DNA from: the human T2T-CHM13v2.0 reference genome, Homo sapiens
Direction: 5' to 3' (one strand)
Assembly (NCBI RefSeq): GCF_009914755.1
Contig: NC_060947.1
Length of the DNA stretch: 64,000 nt
Under the pieces are notes generated by a model. It did not search any database, had not been told where the DNA came from, and saw nothing but the letters and a program-made list of their open reading frames with translations. The position numbers and the translations under genes were made by a program. Shown here in pieces: positions 45,040 through 60,289 of the stretch; the first letter of the stretch is position 1, and each line of letters opens with the position of its first letter.

Positions 45040-45300
45040 ACAATATGGCCTGTTGACCAGCAGCATCAGCAGCACCTGGGAGCTTGTGAGAACTGCATTA
45101 TCTCACCCCGCACCCCCGCATGGTAACAAGATCCCCAGGTGATTCACCATAAAGTGTGAGAAGCACTGCTAGACTGAGTCTCGACCTTGCTTGCAAAGTT
45201 TTAGAAAAATGTGGATGCCTGGGTCCCATCCCGAAAGATTCTGATTTAACTGGTCAGGGTAAAGCCTGGGCCTCAGAATTGTCCAAAGAACACCCAAGTG
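45040..45300. mobile_element. MER5-like fragments
   Basis: accagcagcatcagcagcacctgggagcttg...aacaagatccccaggtgattc...gagaagcactg. Confidence 0.6.
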
Positions 45301-45375
45301 TGGTTGGGTTTCGGTTTTGCTGATAGCACCATTTGCTCACAGTGAATCATGATCAGGAGAGGAGGCTTGGGATAG

Positions 45376-45525
<150 letters not shown>

Positions 45526-46412
45526 TGAGTGACTCATTCACCTGTGTCCTGTTCTGCTTTGAAGGCTGCTGCACAGCTCTGAGGTCTCAATTAGCAGAGG
45601 AAGAGCCTCCTGTGGGACAATTTAGGATGGAAATGCAAGCCAACACATACACATGGTTGAAAATGCTGCTGACACTGACCTGTAATATCAAAACACATAC
45701 TCCATAAACACAAAACTCCTAATTGTCCACTCTCTGTTAACATTGAAGGTACATATGCCTCAGTTTAAAATTTTTATGACTCCTATATCCAAAGGTTCAT
45801 TTTTTCCTTCCAGAATTACTAACACATTGATTTTTCATAATCAGGGAGATCAAAACACAATACCTGAATTCAGCACAAAGTGATGAGTAATTTTATATAC
45901 ATAATCCCATGGATATACAAACATACAGTTCACTGATACTTCATATTTGACTAAGTGCTTCATTACTGAAATTTGAGATTATCAACTGTGGCAATAGGAT
46001 AATTAGGTCAAAGCTAAGAGTTTACAAAATACAAGTGGTTTATTGGTTTAGTTTTATTGTAAATATAAGTAGTTTGTTATGTGATATTCTTAATGGGGCA
46101 CCAGAAAATGTATTTTATGTTATGTTAAAAAATATTGGTCAAGAATCCCTTTAGAAGCCCACTGGAGTTATACCTCCTTAGTGAATTTAAGGGAAAAGAG
46201 TTCTTTAGAAGTTTTTTAAATGAAGAAGCTGGGCCTATCATATGAATGGATCCATTCATTCTATGGGAGTGTTGAGGAATAAGGAGACATGACATTTGTC
46301 TTTTATAAACTCATATTTTCAACCAAGATTGAAGCCAAAGCTGAGGTTATCAGAACACTTTTCACTGAAGAGGGGATTTCCTAACATTTATGCTCACTCA
46401 TTACGGAAAGTG

Positions 46413-46492
46413 TTAGGTTGGTGCAACAGTAATTGCTGTTTTTGCCATTGAAAGTAATGGCAAAAACTTCAATTACTTTTGCACCAACCTAA
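46413..46492. mobile_element. MADE1 (Hsmar1 MITE), full 80 bp
   Basis: Palindrome ttaggttggtgcaacagtaattgctgtttttgccatt-gaaagt-aatggcaaaaacttcaattacttttgcaccaacctaa. Confidence 0.93.
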
Positions 46493-46738
46493 TACATCTG
46501 TACTTTGGGAAAGGCACTAAGTGGAGTATTTCTGGGGTCTTTCAGAGAAAGTTTCTTTCTCAAGCCTAGTTCAGCTTTTGCTTCACAAAGAGGTTCTGGA
46601 GGGTCAAGCACTCTTGGAAGAACTGGGAGAGGAGCAAAAAGAGAAATAGAAAGAGAAGGCACTTAAGAGTAAGCAACCATCCTAGTTTTAGCATGTAAAA
46701 GGCCCATGTCCCAGGGAAACTCTGGAATGGTTGGTCAC

Positions 46739-47093
46739 TGCTATGGTCTGAATGTTAGTGCCCCCTCAAAATTGTTATGTTGGAACCTGATACCCAGTGT
46801 GATTGTATTAATAGGTGGGGCCTTTAGGGAAGTGATTAAGTCATGAGGTCTCTGCATCGTGAATGGGATTAGTATCCTTATAAAAAGTTGAAGAGAATTG
46901 CCTTGCTCCTTCTCCCATGTAAAGACACAGTGACAAAGTACTGTCTTTGAGGAATGTGGCCTTTACCAAACACCAAATCTACTGGAAGATCTTGGACTTC
47001 ACTGCCTCCAGAACTGTGAGAAATAAATTTCAATTATTCACAAATTACCCAGTCTAAGGTACTTTGTTGTAGCAGCTCAAACAGACTAAGACA
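46739..47093 (+). mobile_element. MST-type MaLR solo LTR
   Basis: tgctatggtctgaatg...cagactaagaca with a perfect 5-bp TSD GTCAC. Confidence 0.85.
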
Positions 47094-47789
47094 GTCACTC
47101 TACTTCAGTCTGGGCTTAATGGAGTCTTCCCAGATGGCTAGAAAAGTCATACTTGTACTCCTGGGGCATCCAGATCTCCAAGGAATGGTCTTACACAGGA
47201 GCAGACACTGAGACTTGTGTCATATTCACTATGCATCGGGAACAAGACCTGAGAATGTCTCCAATCTTTCTATGGACAAGGGGAGCCAGAATATAGAAAG
47301 ACTCTGTATGTAAGAGCCCTTGGGAAGGAGCTGCAGTGTTCATCTGGAATAACTTCTCTCTTGAGATGTGTGTGGGTGTCAGCAGGGGCATACCTTATCT
47401 AGGCAGGCTCTGAGCCTTCTATCGGCTTGCATCCTGGAATGCCATGTTTGGGCTTGATGGCAGAAGTTGCATGGATGTTTTGTTTTCCCCTAGGTGCGCA
47501 CCTCTGTGATTAGTCCTATTGATTTTTGTGCCTGGAGGATGATAGAAGAAATAAAATATCTGTGTTTAGGTTGGCTGTGACTTAATTGCCTGCTGCAGGG
47601 CAGTGACAGAGAAAAACCTATCTGAAAGTGTGATCACTTCCTAGCAGTTGTTCCAGGGACTTTTAGAAAGATTATTTCCAAGAAAGATATTTTATTTCTG
47701 GTTTAACGCTTGTAGAAGAAAATGGCATATCTGTAAAAAAAGCGCTCTCTATAGAACTTTACATATAACAAAATGAACCAGTTAAAAGA

Positions 47790-48065
47790 GAGGATGGCAA
47801 ACAGCTCCAAGTTCAAATCCAGCCTGCCACGTGTTTTTGTAAAGTCCATCAGCTAAGAAAGGTAGGTTTTTTTATACGATTTTTTAAAAGTTGAAAAAAT
47901 ATATTTTGTGACACATGGAAATCATATAAAATTCAGATTTTAGTATCCATAAATATTTTGCTGGGTATAGCCATGTTTGCTCATTTGCATTTTATCTATG
48001 TCTGCTTTCCTGCTACAATAACAGAGTTGAGTAGTTGCAACAGAAACTGTCTGGCTCACAACCTT
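47790..48065. mobile_element. MER58B-like
   Basis: ggcaaacagc...aaatccagcctgcc...cagagttgagtagttgcaacaga. Confidence 0.7.
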
Positions 48066-51000
48066 TTCACTCTTACTAAACCACAATGTTAAAATAATGT
48101 ATGTCTCACTAATGAAAATGATCACACATTACAAAATATTCCTGTGCCTTCCCATAAGTTTAGTCATCTGTCTGCCATAATGTGTACTAACCTAAACACT
48201 TAGCTCTTGTAAAATAATCCCCTTTTTACTGGGCTCCTCAGCTGATATATGTTTTAAGGTCTATATCTTACACAAGATAAATTCCCTTTCTGTATAATAA
48301 AAAACATCCCGTTTTCTTAGCCACTAAGGAAATTTGGAAAAACACTCATCATTTTGATAACACTGTAAAATTCTCTCTTTAAAAATTGGCATCCATTTGC
48401 TGGCTTTAGTGGTGTAGTCTTGTTTTGTTCCTTTTCCCCCATTGCAGCATGTGTTCATGGATCATTTTTTGTTCCCAGATCCATTTGTGTTTCTTGGTGG
48501 ATTATTTTTCTTATCATTTAGTTACTCTATTATGGAAAATTATTTTTTTCTTGAGAAAATGAAAGAGTTTTGCAGAGACCAATTTACTGCTATACTAACA
48601 ACATTTTGGTTTTTTCATGTAGTCTCAAAAAGCTATAATTGCTGCACTGAAATTAGATGAATTCTGTTCACTTCATAGTCTTCTAAGTTGTTAACTCTAA
48701 CTCAGACTGTATAATGGTGTTTGAGGACTAAAATCTTTGAAGAATCCATGCCCTTTACAAATTACCATATCTTTCTTCTTTAAAAGTATCTAAGGATAAT
48801 TTTCTTTTCACAATTAGACTAATTAACTGAAAGCAGTCTCCAAAATTTTATTTTTAAAAAGTAAGGAGTATTATTGCCCATAGAAACATTATGAATTGTG
48901 CCTTGCCTTCCCACTCCCACGGCTAGCCAGCCCAATTAAATTCATTTGACTTCAACAAAGAATTATTGAGGATTAACAGACATCATATAAGGCACTGAGC
49001 ATGTATAGATACGTAGGCATGATTCTTGCCCTCAAGGAGAAGAATTCTAATTAATTTCCATATATTTATGACTGGACAATGCTGTTGGCGAGGGTAGTAT
49101 TTGGTAGGAATGTTTGGTGGAGATGGATGGTGTATTAAGGGATATTATTGATGCTGGTAAAGAGTAGCCATCAACGCGAAGTGGAAGGGCAGGTTTATGC
49201 ATGAGAAGGGAGTTGTAAAGTAGATCTTTCCTTTGACCCTAGAAACCCCAGACCTTCTTGATGGACACTCACTTTCCAACCTGCAGATATTGAAAAAAAA
49301 ACCATTGCCTAGGTGGCTGTCCCGAATCACAACCTCAAAATTTGGTCCTTCAAGGCAGCAACATAAATCTACTAACTCCTGTTAGAATGGGTGCACTAGA
49401 TTTTTTGGATTAGAGATGCAACTGGGAACCTGATAAATGCCATAGACTTTTCCCTCCATCCAGAGAAACCCACGTGTATACAAAGTTCTGCATACAATAT
49501 TAGAATGGTTTTTGACTCCCTAAAGTTAGTCCCAGTTTTAGAGCCGGGGCAGCAGACTCTAAGAATGCTGTCTCTCTTCCTCCCCTTCTCCCCCTTCCTC
49601 AGTACCAGATGCTAACATTGAAGAGTCAAGCTTATAAACAACTTGCTCTTATCCTTTTCTATCAAAGCAGTTGAAGTGGAAAATTGCCCATCCCATAATA
49701 AGAAGGTACACTGGTCAAACTGGAGACTAATTCCCCTTTCTCCCAACATCTGTAATAGGGCAGCTAACTATCCCTCCATCTGCCCTTCTCCCACTATTTA
49801 TGTTGATTATTCCTACTAATCTAATTGATGAGCAGTGTTATAGTTATGGCTATTTATCTACAGAGGGTTGCTCACATCTGTCAGACATGTCACCCCTTCT
49901 ATACTAATACCCTGGGAATTGGAGAGCTTTCCTGGGTAGCGGTAGTGTTCTTTCAATAAGAAAGTAACTGTAATAAGAAATAAGAATAAATGATAGGGGA
50001 GTGACATTAACAAGGTGGCAAAATGAGGTCCCCCACTGGTATCCCCCATAGCAACTATAATTTGGCAGCCACCTATGGACAAAAGTGGCTTTGTGGGAGT
50101 TTTGGAATCCAAGTAGGTCACTAAACCCTGGTGGAGCCCAAGACTGAGGAGGGCCATTTTGAGAAGGCAGACCCACCCAGGCCTTGGTGGCAGACTCACT
50201 GACTATGATCCCAAATACAGACCCAGAAACAACCACATCCCCCCGTGGAGTTGGCTACAGCCCTGTTTGGCCTTAGTCCTACCACTGGCATTATCCATCA
50301 AGGGACCCGGGAAGAGTCATACCTACCTTGGCCTTGGGTAACAGATCTGCTGACCTTGGCCCCAGTTGTGGACCCTAGAGTGGCTTGTGACCAAGCTCCA
50401 GCCTCTCTCAGCCATTGTCTGCGAGCAGTCCCACCTGTCCTGGGACCTGCTGGGAAATAGGCCAGTTCATACCCCCAGAGGTAGGCCTAATGAACTTAGT
50501 TCCACAGATTTTGAAACAGCCCCATAATTCAGCTCCAGCCTCTCTCAGCCATAATCTAGGAGCAGTCGTGCCCACCCAGGGACACCCTGTGTCCCCTCAG
50601 GCAGGCCTACTGACCTCCATCTGAATGTGGATCCTGAAGTGGCCCCATAACCTGGCCCTAGCTCCTCTCAGCCATGGTCAGGGAGACAGGCTTCTCTGTG
50701 CCCTAGAGGCAGACTTGCCAACCTTGATCCAACTGCAGATCCTGAAACAGCCCTGAAACTCAATTCCAGCCACTCTCATCTGGTATTCAGGAGCAGTCCT
50801 GATTCCCCGACTCCACCTAGGGACCTGTTGAGTGACATGCCCATTTGTGCCACCACAGGCAGGCCTGCTAGCCTTGGTCCAACTACAGATCTTAAAGCAA
50901 CACTGTGATCCAGCTCCAGCCCTGCACAGCCACAGTCCTTCCCACCCAGGAAACCACGAGGAAGCATGTCCATCTGTGTCCCCAGAAGCAGGCCTGCGGA

Positions 51001-51517
51001 TCTTGATCTTGACTGTGGACCCTGAAGTAGCCCTATGACTCATTTCCAGCCCCTCTCAACCACAGTCCAGGACCAGTTATGCTTACTCAGAAACCTACCC
51101 AATGGTCCAGCAATAACCCTCCCAGGGATCAGGTGGAAGCTACAATGATCTGTGTACCTAGTAACAGGCCGATGATCTGTGGAACCTTGTCCCAGCATCA
51201 GCCCAATTAATGAAGATCCTAGAAGCATTCCAGTCCACTCAGGAATGAGATAGGATCCATGCTCTCCCAAGGCTCTGGAAATAGGCCTACCCCCCATTGC
51301 AAGACCCCATTGCAGATCTAGCAGTAGTCACATGATCTAGCTCTACTGTAATTGCAGAGGCAATCTCATCAGTCAACAAGAGAAGGTCTTTACCTGCTGA
51401 AACCAGTCTATAAAGACCAGTCTGTAAAAACTGGAAATCTAGCAGACCCCATTGCAAATACAGCAGTAGTCACATGATCTGGCTCCACTACAATTGCAGA
51501 GGCAATCTCATAAATCA

Positions 51518-52015
<498 letters not shown>

Positions 52016-52182
52016 TCAATAAGCAGCCCCTAAGATATATCATTTGAGATATATAAATTACATGAAAAATAATACAAAATAATCACCTTAATGAAGCTCA
52101 GTGGGATACAAGAGAACACAGACCACCAAGAAAAACAAAAAGCAATACATAAACAAAATAAAAAGTTTAATAAAGAAATACA

Positions 52183-52792
<610 letters not shown>

Positions 52793-53363
52793 CTATAAAA
52801 AGAACCAAACAGAAATCCTGGAGCTAAAGAATACAATGACAAAACTAAACATTTTAATAGCTTCAACAGCAGACTCAATTATGCAGAAGAATCAGCAAAT
52901 GTGAAGACAGGCTATTTGAAATTACCCAGTTAGAGGAACAGAAAGTAAAAAGAATAAAAAAGAGTAAAGGAAGCATACAGGTCCTATGAGATACCATCAA
53001 TTGAATGAATATATGCATTATGGGAATATTAGAAGGAGAAAAGGAAAAAAGGGGAAAAAGCTTATTTAAAGAAATAATGGCTGAAACGTCCTAAATCTTG
53101 GAAGGGATATGGACATCCAGATTTATACAAATCAAAGGGTCTCAAGCAGAATCAATCCAAAGACTACTCTAAGACACATTATAACCAAATTTTTAAAAGC
53201 CAAACACAGACATAGAATATTGAAAGCAGCAAGAGAAAAGCAACTTGTCACATGCAAGAAAACCCTTATAAAACTATCAGTGGATTGCTCATCAGAAACC
53301 TTGCAGGCCAGGAATGGATGATATATTCAAAATGCTAGGAAGAACCGCCAACCAAGAATACTT

Positions 53364-53484
53364 AGCCAGGGGCAGTGACACCCACCTGTAGTCTCAGCTA
53401 TTTGGGAGGCTGAGGCTAGAGGATCACTTGAACCCAGGAGTTTAAGACCAGCCTGGGCAACACAGTGCGATCCCATCTCAAAAA
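53364..53484 (+). mobile_element. Alu monomer (FLAM-like)
   Basis: Single Alu arm; aagaatact / gagaatact flanks. Confidence 0.75.
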
Positions 53485-54247
53485 GAGAATACTATACACA
53501 ACAAAGCTGTCCTTCAGAAATGAAAGAGACGGAAAGATATTCCTAGACAAAAGCTGAGGGAGTTCATTGCCAGTATATCTGCCTTAGAAGAAATGCTACA
53601 GTGAGTTCTTCAGGTTGAAATGAAAGGATGCTAAGTAACTACCTGAAAACATGAAAGTATAAATCTCACTGGTAAGGGAACTACATAGTTAAATTCAGAG
53701 TACTCTAATACTGTAATGGTAGTGTATAAATCACTTTTAACTACAGTATGAAAGTCGAAAGACAAAAGTATTAAAAAATAACTACAGCTACAACTTGTTA
53801 ATGAAAATACAACATGTAAAGTATTACATCAATAACATATAATTTGGGGGCAGGGAGAGTTAGACGTGTAGAGTTTTGTATACAATTGAAATTAGGTTGT
53901 TATCAGCTTAAAATTAACTATTATAACTATAAGGTGTTTTATGTAGGCCTCATGGTAACCACAAAGAAAAAACTATTAGTAGATACACAAAAGATAAGGA
54001 GAAAGGAATCAAAGTATATCATTACAAAATATTAACAAATCACAGAAGAATACAGCAAGAGAGGAATGAAGTGACAAAGGCACTACAAAACAGCCTGAAA
54101 ACAATTAACAAAATAATAATAGTCAAACAATAGTTAGTTTGTTCAATAGTTAGTTTGACAATACTCCAACCTTTGTATAATAGGAATCGCAGAAGGAGAA
54201 GAAAGAGAAAAGGGGCCAGAAAGTATATCTTTAAAAATAATGGCTGA

Positions 54248-55420
54248 CAAATGAGATTACATCAAGCTAACATCTTCTGCACAGCAAAGGAAACAATCAA
54301 CAAGGTAAAAAGACAACTCATAGGATGGGAGAAAATATTTGCAAACTATTCATCTGACAAGGGATTAATAATAATAATATATAAGGAACACAAACAGCTC
54401 AATAGGAAAAAAAAGAATAATCCAATTAAAAGTGGGCAAAAGATCTGAATAGACATTTATCAAAAGAAGGCATAGAAATGACCAACAGGTATATAAAAAA
54501 TGCTCAACATCACTAATCACCAGAGAAATACAAATCAGAACCACAGTGAGATGTCATCTCACCACAGTTAAAATGGCTTTTATTAAAAGACAGGCAATAA
54601 CAAATGCTGGAGAGGATGTTGAGAAAGGGGAACCCTCATACCATCACTGTTGGTGGGAATGTAAATTAGTACAGCTACTAGGGAACACAATATGGAGGTT
54701 CCTCAAAAAACTAAAAATAGAACTACCATATTATCCAGCAATATCACTACTAGATACATATTCAAAATAAAGGAAATCAATCTATCAAAGAGATATCTGC
54801 ACTCTCGTGTTTATTGCAGCACTATTCACAATAGCCAAAATATGGAATCAACCTAAGTGTTCATCAATGGATGAATGGATAAAGAAAATGAATGTAGTAT
54901 ATATACACGGTAGAATATTATCCAGCAATAAAAAAAAATCCTTTATTTGCAGCAACATGGATGAAACTCCAGTTCATTATGTTAAGTGAAATAAGCCAGA
55001 CACAGAAAAACAAATATTGCATGTTTTTATTAATATGTGGGAGCTAAAAAACTGGATATCAGGAAGATGGAGAGTACATTGATAGTTACCAGTGGCTGAG
55101 AAGGGTGCAGGGAAGGGAGGGATAAAGAGAAGTTGATTAATGGGTACAAAAATACAGTTAGATGAATAAATAAGACCTAGTGTTTTATAGATCAGCAGAA
55201 TGACTACAGTTAACAGTAATCTATTGTATATTTCAAAATAGCTAAAAGAGAATTACTCAAGTGTTCCCAGTATAAAGAAAAGTTAAATGTTTAAGATGAC
55301 AGATATCCCAATTACCCTGATTTGATCATTACACATTATACGAATATATCAAAATATTACATGCACCCCCAAAATACACACATCTCTTATGTATCAATAA
55401 AAAAAGTTTATTAAAAAATA
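54248..55420 (+). mobile_element. L1MA-like 3' end (ORF2 C-terminus and 3' UTR) inserted in a second L1 ORF1 fragment
   Basis: ORF2-like peptides ([25 protein letters not shown]; MFIAALFTIAKIWNQPKC) and an A-rich tail. ORF1 sequence flanks it at 54180-54247 and 55425-55968. Confidence 0.85.
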
Positions 55421-55510
55421 ATAATAGTGGAAAACTTTTCTAATCTGGGGATAGATAGCAACACTTAGATACAGGGAGCGTATGGATTTCCAAATCAAAT
55501 TTAATCCAAA

Positions 55511-55806
55511 GGCTGGGCATGGTGACTCACACCTGTAATCCTAGCATTTTTGGGAGGCCAAAGTGGGAGGATCACTTGAGGCCAAGAGTTTAAGACCAGC
55601 CTGGTCAACATAGTGAGACCTGGTCTCTACAAAAAAATTTTAAAAATTAGCCAGGCATGGTGGTACACACCTGTAGTTCCAGCTACTCGAGAGGCTGAGG
55701 CAGGAGAATCACTTGAGCCCAGGAGTTGAGGCTGCAGTGAGCTATGATGGCACCACTGCACAGCCTGGGTGACAAAGTGAGATCCTGTCTCAAAAAAAAA
55801 AAAAAA
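55511..55806 (+). mobile_element. Alu (AluJ-like)
   Basis: Sense Alu; TSD aatccaaa. Confidence 0.92.
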
Positions 55807-56348
55807 TCAATCCAAAGAGGAGTACACCAAGACATATATTAATCAAACTACCAAAAATCAAAGACAAAGAAAAAATTCTGAAAGCAGCAAGAAACTAGAA
55901 ACACACCATATTAAAAGGAGAGCCAATACAACTATCAGCAGATTTCTCAGCAGAAACCCTACAAACCAGGACCTAGTGGTCCAAAGTGGGCCAAGTCTAA
56001 CCATGTGGCACATTAAGTTTTTCTTACTTGGGGGGCCCAGCAAATGACAGAGCTGTAACTGGCCTTTAGAACCTGAGTCTTATCTTGTATGCCCCATAGA
56101 CACACTCCCTTTTTTGGATTATACACAAGTAGTCTGTCTCCTATCCCAGGACTGCTAAGCAGTTGCCTTGATTTTAGTAGGGAGTTGTCAGGAGTACCTG
56201 CTTATTGCAGTCGATGGGAGATTGGCAAGACTATTCAGAGCAAAATAGGCCATTTAGAAGGGATCCATCCAAAAATTAGATCCTAGCACACCTGTCTTTT
56301 CATCAGTCCCACCTCATCAGAATTATAATGGAAAGTCAAATCAGATCA

Positions 56349-56765
<417 letters not shown>

Positions 56766-58277
56766 CAAAGCAAAGAACATCTGCCAAGTATCTGACACAT
56801 AAAATATGCACAATGATGTGTAATATAATAAGGCCTTATTAAGACCAGCAAGCAACTCCAGTGAAAACACAAAAGAAACAGCTCTATGGTATGCTGACAC
56901 TACAAATTGTAATCTCACCTCATACACACTTGCAGCATACACGTTTTCTGATAATTGCAAATTACAGAGCCTGAGGAGAAAGAGGTTGGTGATTCTAGAA
57001 AATGGAAAGTGTGGGAAAACATTATAACAAGGCTGAAGTAGAAAAAGGGATTTGGGAGCATAGTTCATAAAAGCTATAATGATATATAATGACGGAAATT
57101 AATAAGAAAAATGACTTCACCCAGATTATCTTAATGTCCTTAGATTTTGTTAATGACCATGTCCCACTTACTTATTAAGTCTCTTCACTACTCTAGATGC
57201 TTTTATGCAACTCATGTATGGAAAATGAATGTTAAAGATTGAAGAATCAGAATAAATTTTAAATTAGGGCATGTTTTCAATGATCTCATATGGTTGACAC
57301 TACTGAATGTCTTAACATCTTACTTTATTAAGAAAAAAATGGAAGGAGATAATTATTGAACCAGTGCCATGTTCTGTTCTTCCTTTGGAACTACAAATTT
57401 GCAAGTGATTGCCTGCCTTTTCTATAAGTAGATGAAAAGACAAAAAAAAATCATTTTGGTGAGGCTGTGTATTTTCCCTGTGGTCAGAACATGCCCAGAA
57501 CCAAAGTATAAACCTTATTGCCTAGAGAGAACGGAGAGCTGTAGGAGCTTACAGCGAAATCTATTTTTACAGGTAACACAGTGGGTGGGTGTGGTGGGCA
57601 AGAATCTCAGGCCACACACTCAGATGTGAGAGAAGTGTAACATTATCTATATATTATCTATAATAATCTAATATTTATTTCAAATCCCTATTCCAGTGTA
57701 TGATCAGTTCATCCTGTTTTCCTTAGAGCTGAGTCGACCTGTAGAGGGTTGTTTTAATGAGAGGAGGCATTGGGAGATGTGAAGTTTACCCACTCCTGGG
57801 TCACATCATCTGTCTTACCAGAACTTGCTGAGATATATTTGTACCCATTTGGTCTGTCTTTGACTACTCACCTAGAAAGGAAGCCAACATGTCACCCCTT
57901 GTTCACCATTGTCAACCCTCCCTTAGCCACTTCTCTGTCATCTTGCATGCACTTGCCACTCCTGAGCCATTATGGGACATAGAATAGCCTCTGGGGCTAA
58001 TTTCCTCCAGAATCTTGTCACCTTCCCAGGGTTCTGACTAGAAAAGAAGGCACAGGTTGCTGTGCTCTTTAATTCTTCAAGGCTATCTGGGGGTTCCCAG
58101 TTGGTTCTTCCTGGAGAATCAGCTTCTGAAAAGACAGGGAGCATGCCTGCCCTTTCACAGGCAACTACAAGTCTGGACCCGTTGCTTGTCCTGTAGTTCA
58201 CCCCATTTTCCCCATCCTCAGACTAATCCCCATTCTGGGGAGGACTAAGCTTTACTCTGGTTTATGTAATAACCATC

Positions 58278-58637
58278 TGTATTAGTCCGTCTTCACACTC
58301 CTAATAAAGCCATACCTGAGACTGGGCAGTTTATAAAGAAAAAGAGGTTTAATGGCCTCACAGTTCCACATGGCTGGGGAAGCCTCACAATCATGGCAGA
58401 AGGCAAAAGGTACGTCTTACATAGTGGCACAAGGGAGAATGAGAGCAAAGCAAAAGGGGAAACCTCTTATAAAACCACTCGATCTCATGAGACTTATTTA
58501 GTACCACAAGAAATGTATGGGGGAAACTGCCCTCATGATTCAATTATTTTCCAGCAGGTCCCTCCCACAACACATGGGAATTATGGGAGCTACAGTTCAA
58601 GATGAAATTTGGGCGGGGACACAGCCAAACCATATCA
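58278..58637 (-). mobile_element. THE1 MaLR solo LTR
   Basis: tgtattagtcc...catacctgagactgggc...cacaatcatggcagaagg...gggacacagccaaaccatatca; flanks ccatc / gcatc. Confidence 0.88.
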
Positions 58638-58869
58638 GCATCCTAGCTTACAGCTTTTACCCTCAGTTTCTAAAACCTAGATATTTCTTTACTTTCTTCT
58701 GTAACAATCCTTTCCTGAAGTAATGAGTGTTATATGATCTGGCTGACCAAATGGGCAAAGAAATAGAGCTGCTGGAACAGAGTAAAGGAATGAAAGGTAT
58801 GGGGGTGGGAGGGAAACTTTGGTGACTATTTCAAAATATTGTCCTGCTGTGTGCTACCCAGTGAAAAGA

Positions 58870-59300
58870 CATAGGGGGGTAGAAGTCAGAAAAATCTGAG
58901 TTCAAGTTCTACCTCTGTAATGTATTAGCTGTTTGTGACTTGCACAAGGAACTTAATTTATATAATCCTCAGTTTCCTCACCTATAACATGAAGACCTAT
59001 CTTATACAATTGTTGGAAGAATTAAATAAAACAGAGTAAGTAAAGCTCTTAGCGGAGTAAGAGCACATAGTCAGCTCTTAATACATTTGAATTATCATTG
59101 TCCTCATCAAGGTTATTACCAGCGGCATCACTATAGCTGAATGATCATGAGCAAATTACTTAAGTCTCAGGGTCTTAGTCTCCTAGTCTATAAATGTGGC
59201 TAAGAATTTGTACTTCCAAGCCTTTGTCTCAGGATGGAATGAGATTATGTACATGAAGCACTTTGTGGCCTGTAGCAAGTTAGGTCACTGTGTCAGATGC
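58870..59300. mobile_element. MIR fragments
   Basis: cctcagtttcctcacctataa core, plus a second degenerate copy. Confidence 0.6.
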
Positions 59301-59671
59301 TGTCATTACTGCTCTGGAAATTGCAGGGTAGGAGATTGGAGCACAAGCCTGGGTATCCAATCAAAACCAAAGAGAGGAATCTGGGTGGAAATTCAAGACT
59401 TTCAGGATGAAGATAACTTGAAAAGCAGTTAAAAAGCTCTAAGACTCAGGGTTTGTAAACATACCTAGACTCAGCCTTGCGGCACTGAAACTGAGAGTTT
59501 GGCAGTGAACTTGACTTTGGGGACACATAGGTGTGCAGCAGTGTGACATGGTGACAGGAACCAGAGTGACTTCACTGTTCTGTCATATATGAGTGAAGGG
59601 GATGTGAAGAAATTCAGGGGCCACTGGCATGTGCCCTGCTTGGGTCGAGATTAGGTTAGGAATGACCCAAA

Positions 59672-59908
59672 TCAGGGATGAACAAACTTTTCCCTTAAAA
59701 GGCCCAGATAGTAAATATTTTACGCATTGCAGGCCATAAGGGTCTCTGTCACAACTTAATTCTGCCATTGTAGTGCAAAAGCAGCCATAGATGATATTAA
59801 TACATAAACAAATTATTATGGCTCTATTCCAATAAAATGTTATTTACAGAAATGGGGATGGGGAGAGGGCAAATTTAGCCCACAGGCCTTGTTTGTTGCC
59901 CTTTGACC
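59672..59908. mobile_element. MER58A-like
   Basis: cagggatgaacaaacttttcc...ggcccagatagtaaatatttt...ttccaataaaa. Confidence 0.8.
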
Positions 59909-60289
59909 TCAACCAATGAAGCTTAAAGAGACCAACCTGAAGATAAGAGTGTATAGAGGAAGAGAAATGAAGCAGAGGCTTTTAGCTAGAAATAATAATG
60001 ACAATAAAGCAAACATTATGAACTCTGTAGCCACCTAAAATCCTTTTCAGAAAGTGGACAGATAGGAAAAATAATAAGCAAACAAACAAATGATAAACAT
60101 CACAGACTTTTGTGATGGCTTCCATGACCCTTTGTAATCCACCCCCCAGGGTGGCTTGCACTCATATTTTTACCCACTGAAAGGGATTTACACCTTGCTT
60201 ATAATCTATACAACACAATGTTGTCACTATTTGCAAACTTGTCTTTCTTTGTCACAATTCTGTGTGTTTCCTAATGATAATGGCCAATA

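Noticed and set aside
50335-51070. Regularly spaced repeats resembling a CRISPR array
   Set aside because: The units are long and degenerate, lack unique spacers, and sit in a mammalian L1 5' UTR; there are no cas genes.
53109-54989. L1 ORF1/ORF2-like peptides as an active retrotransposon
   Set aside because: Fragmented by stops, frameshifts and nested Alus; the endonuclease and RT core are missing.
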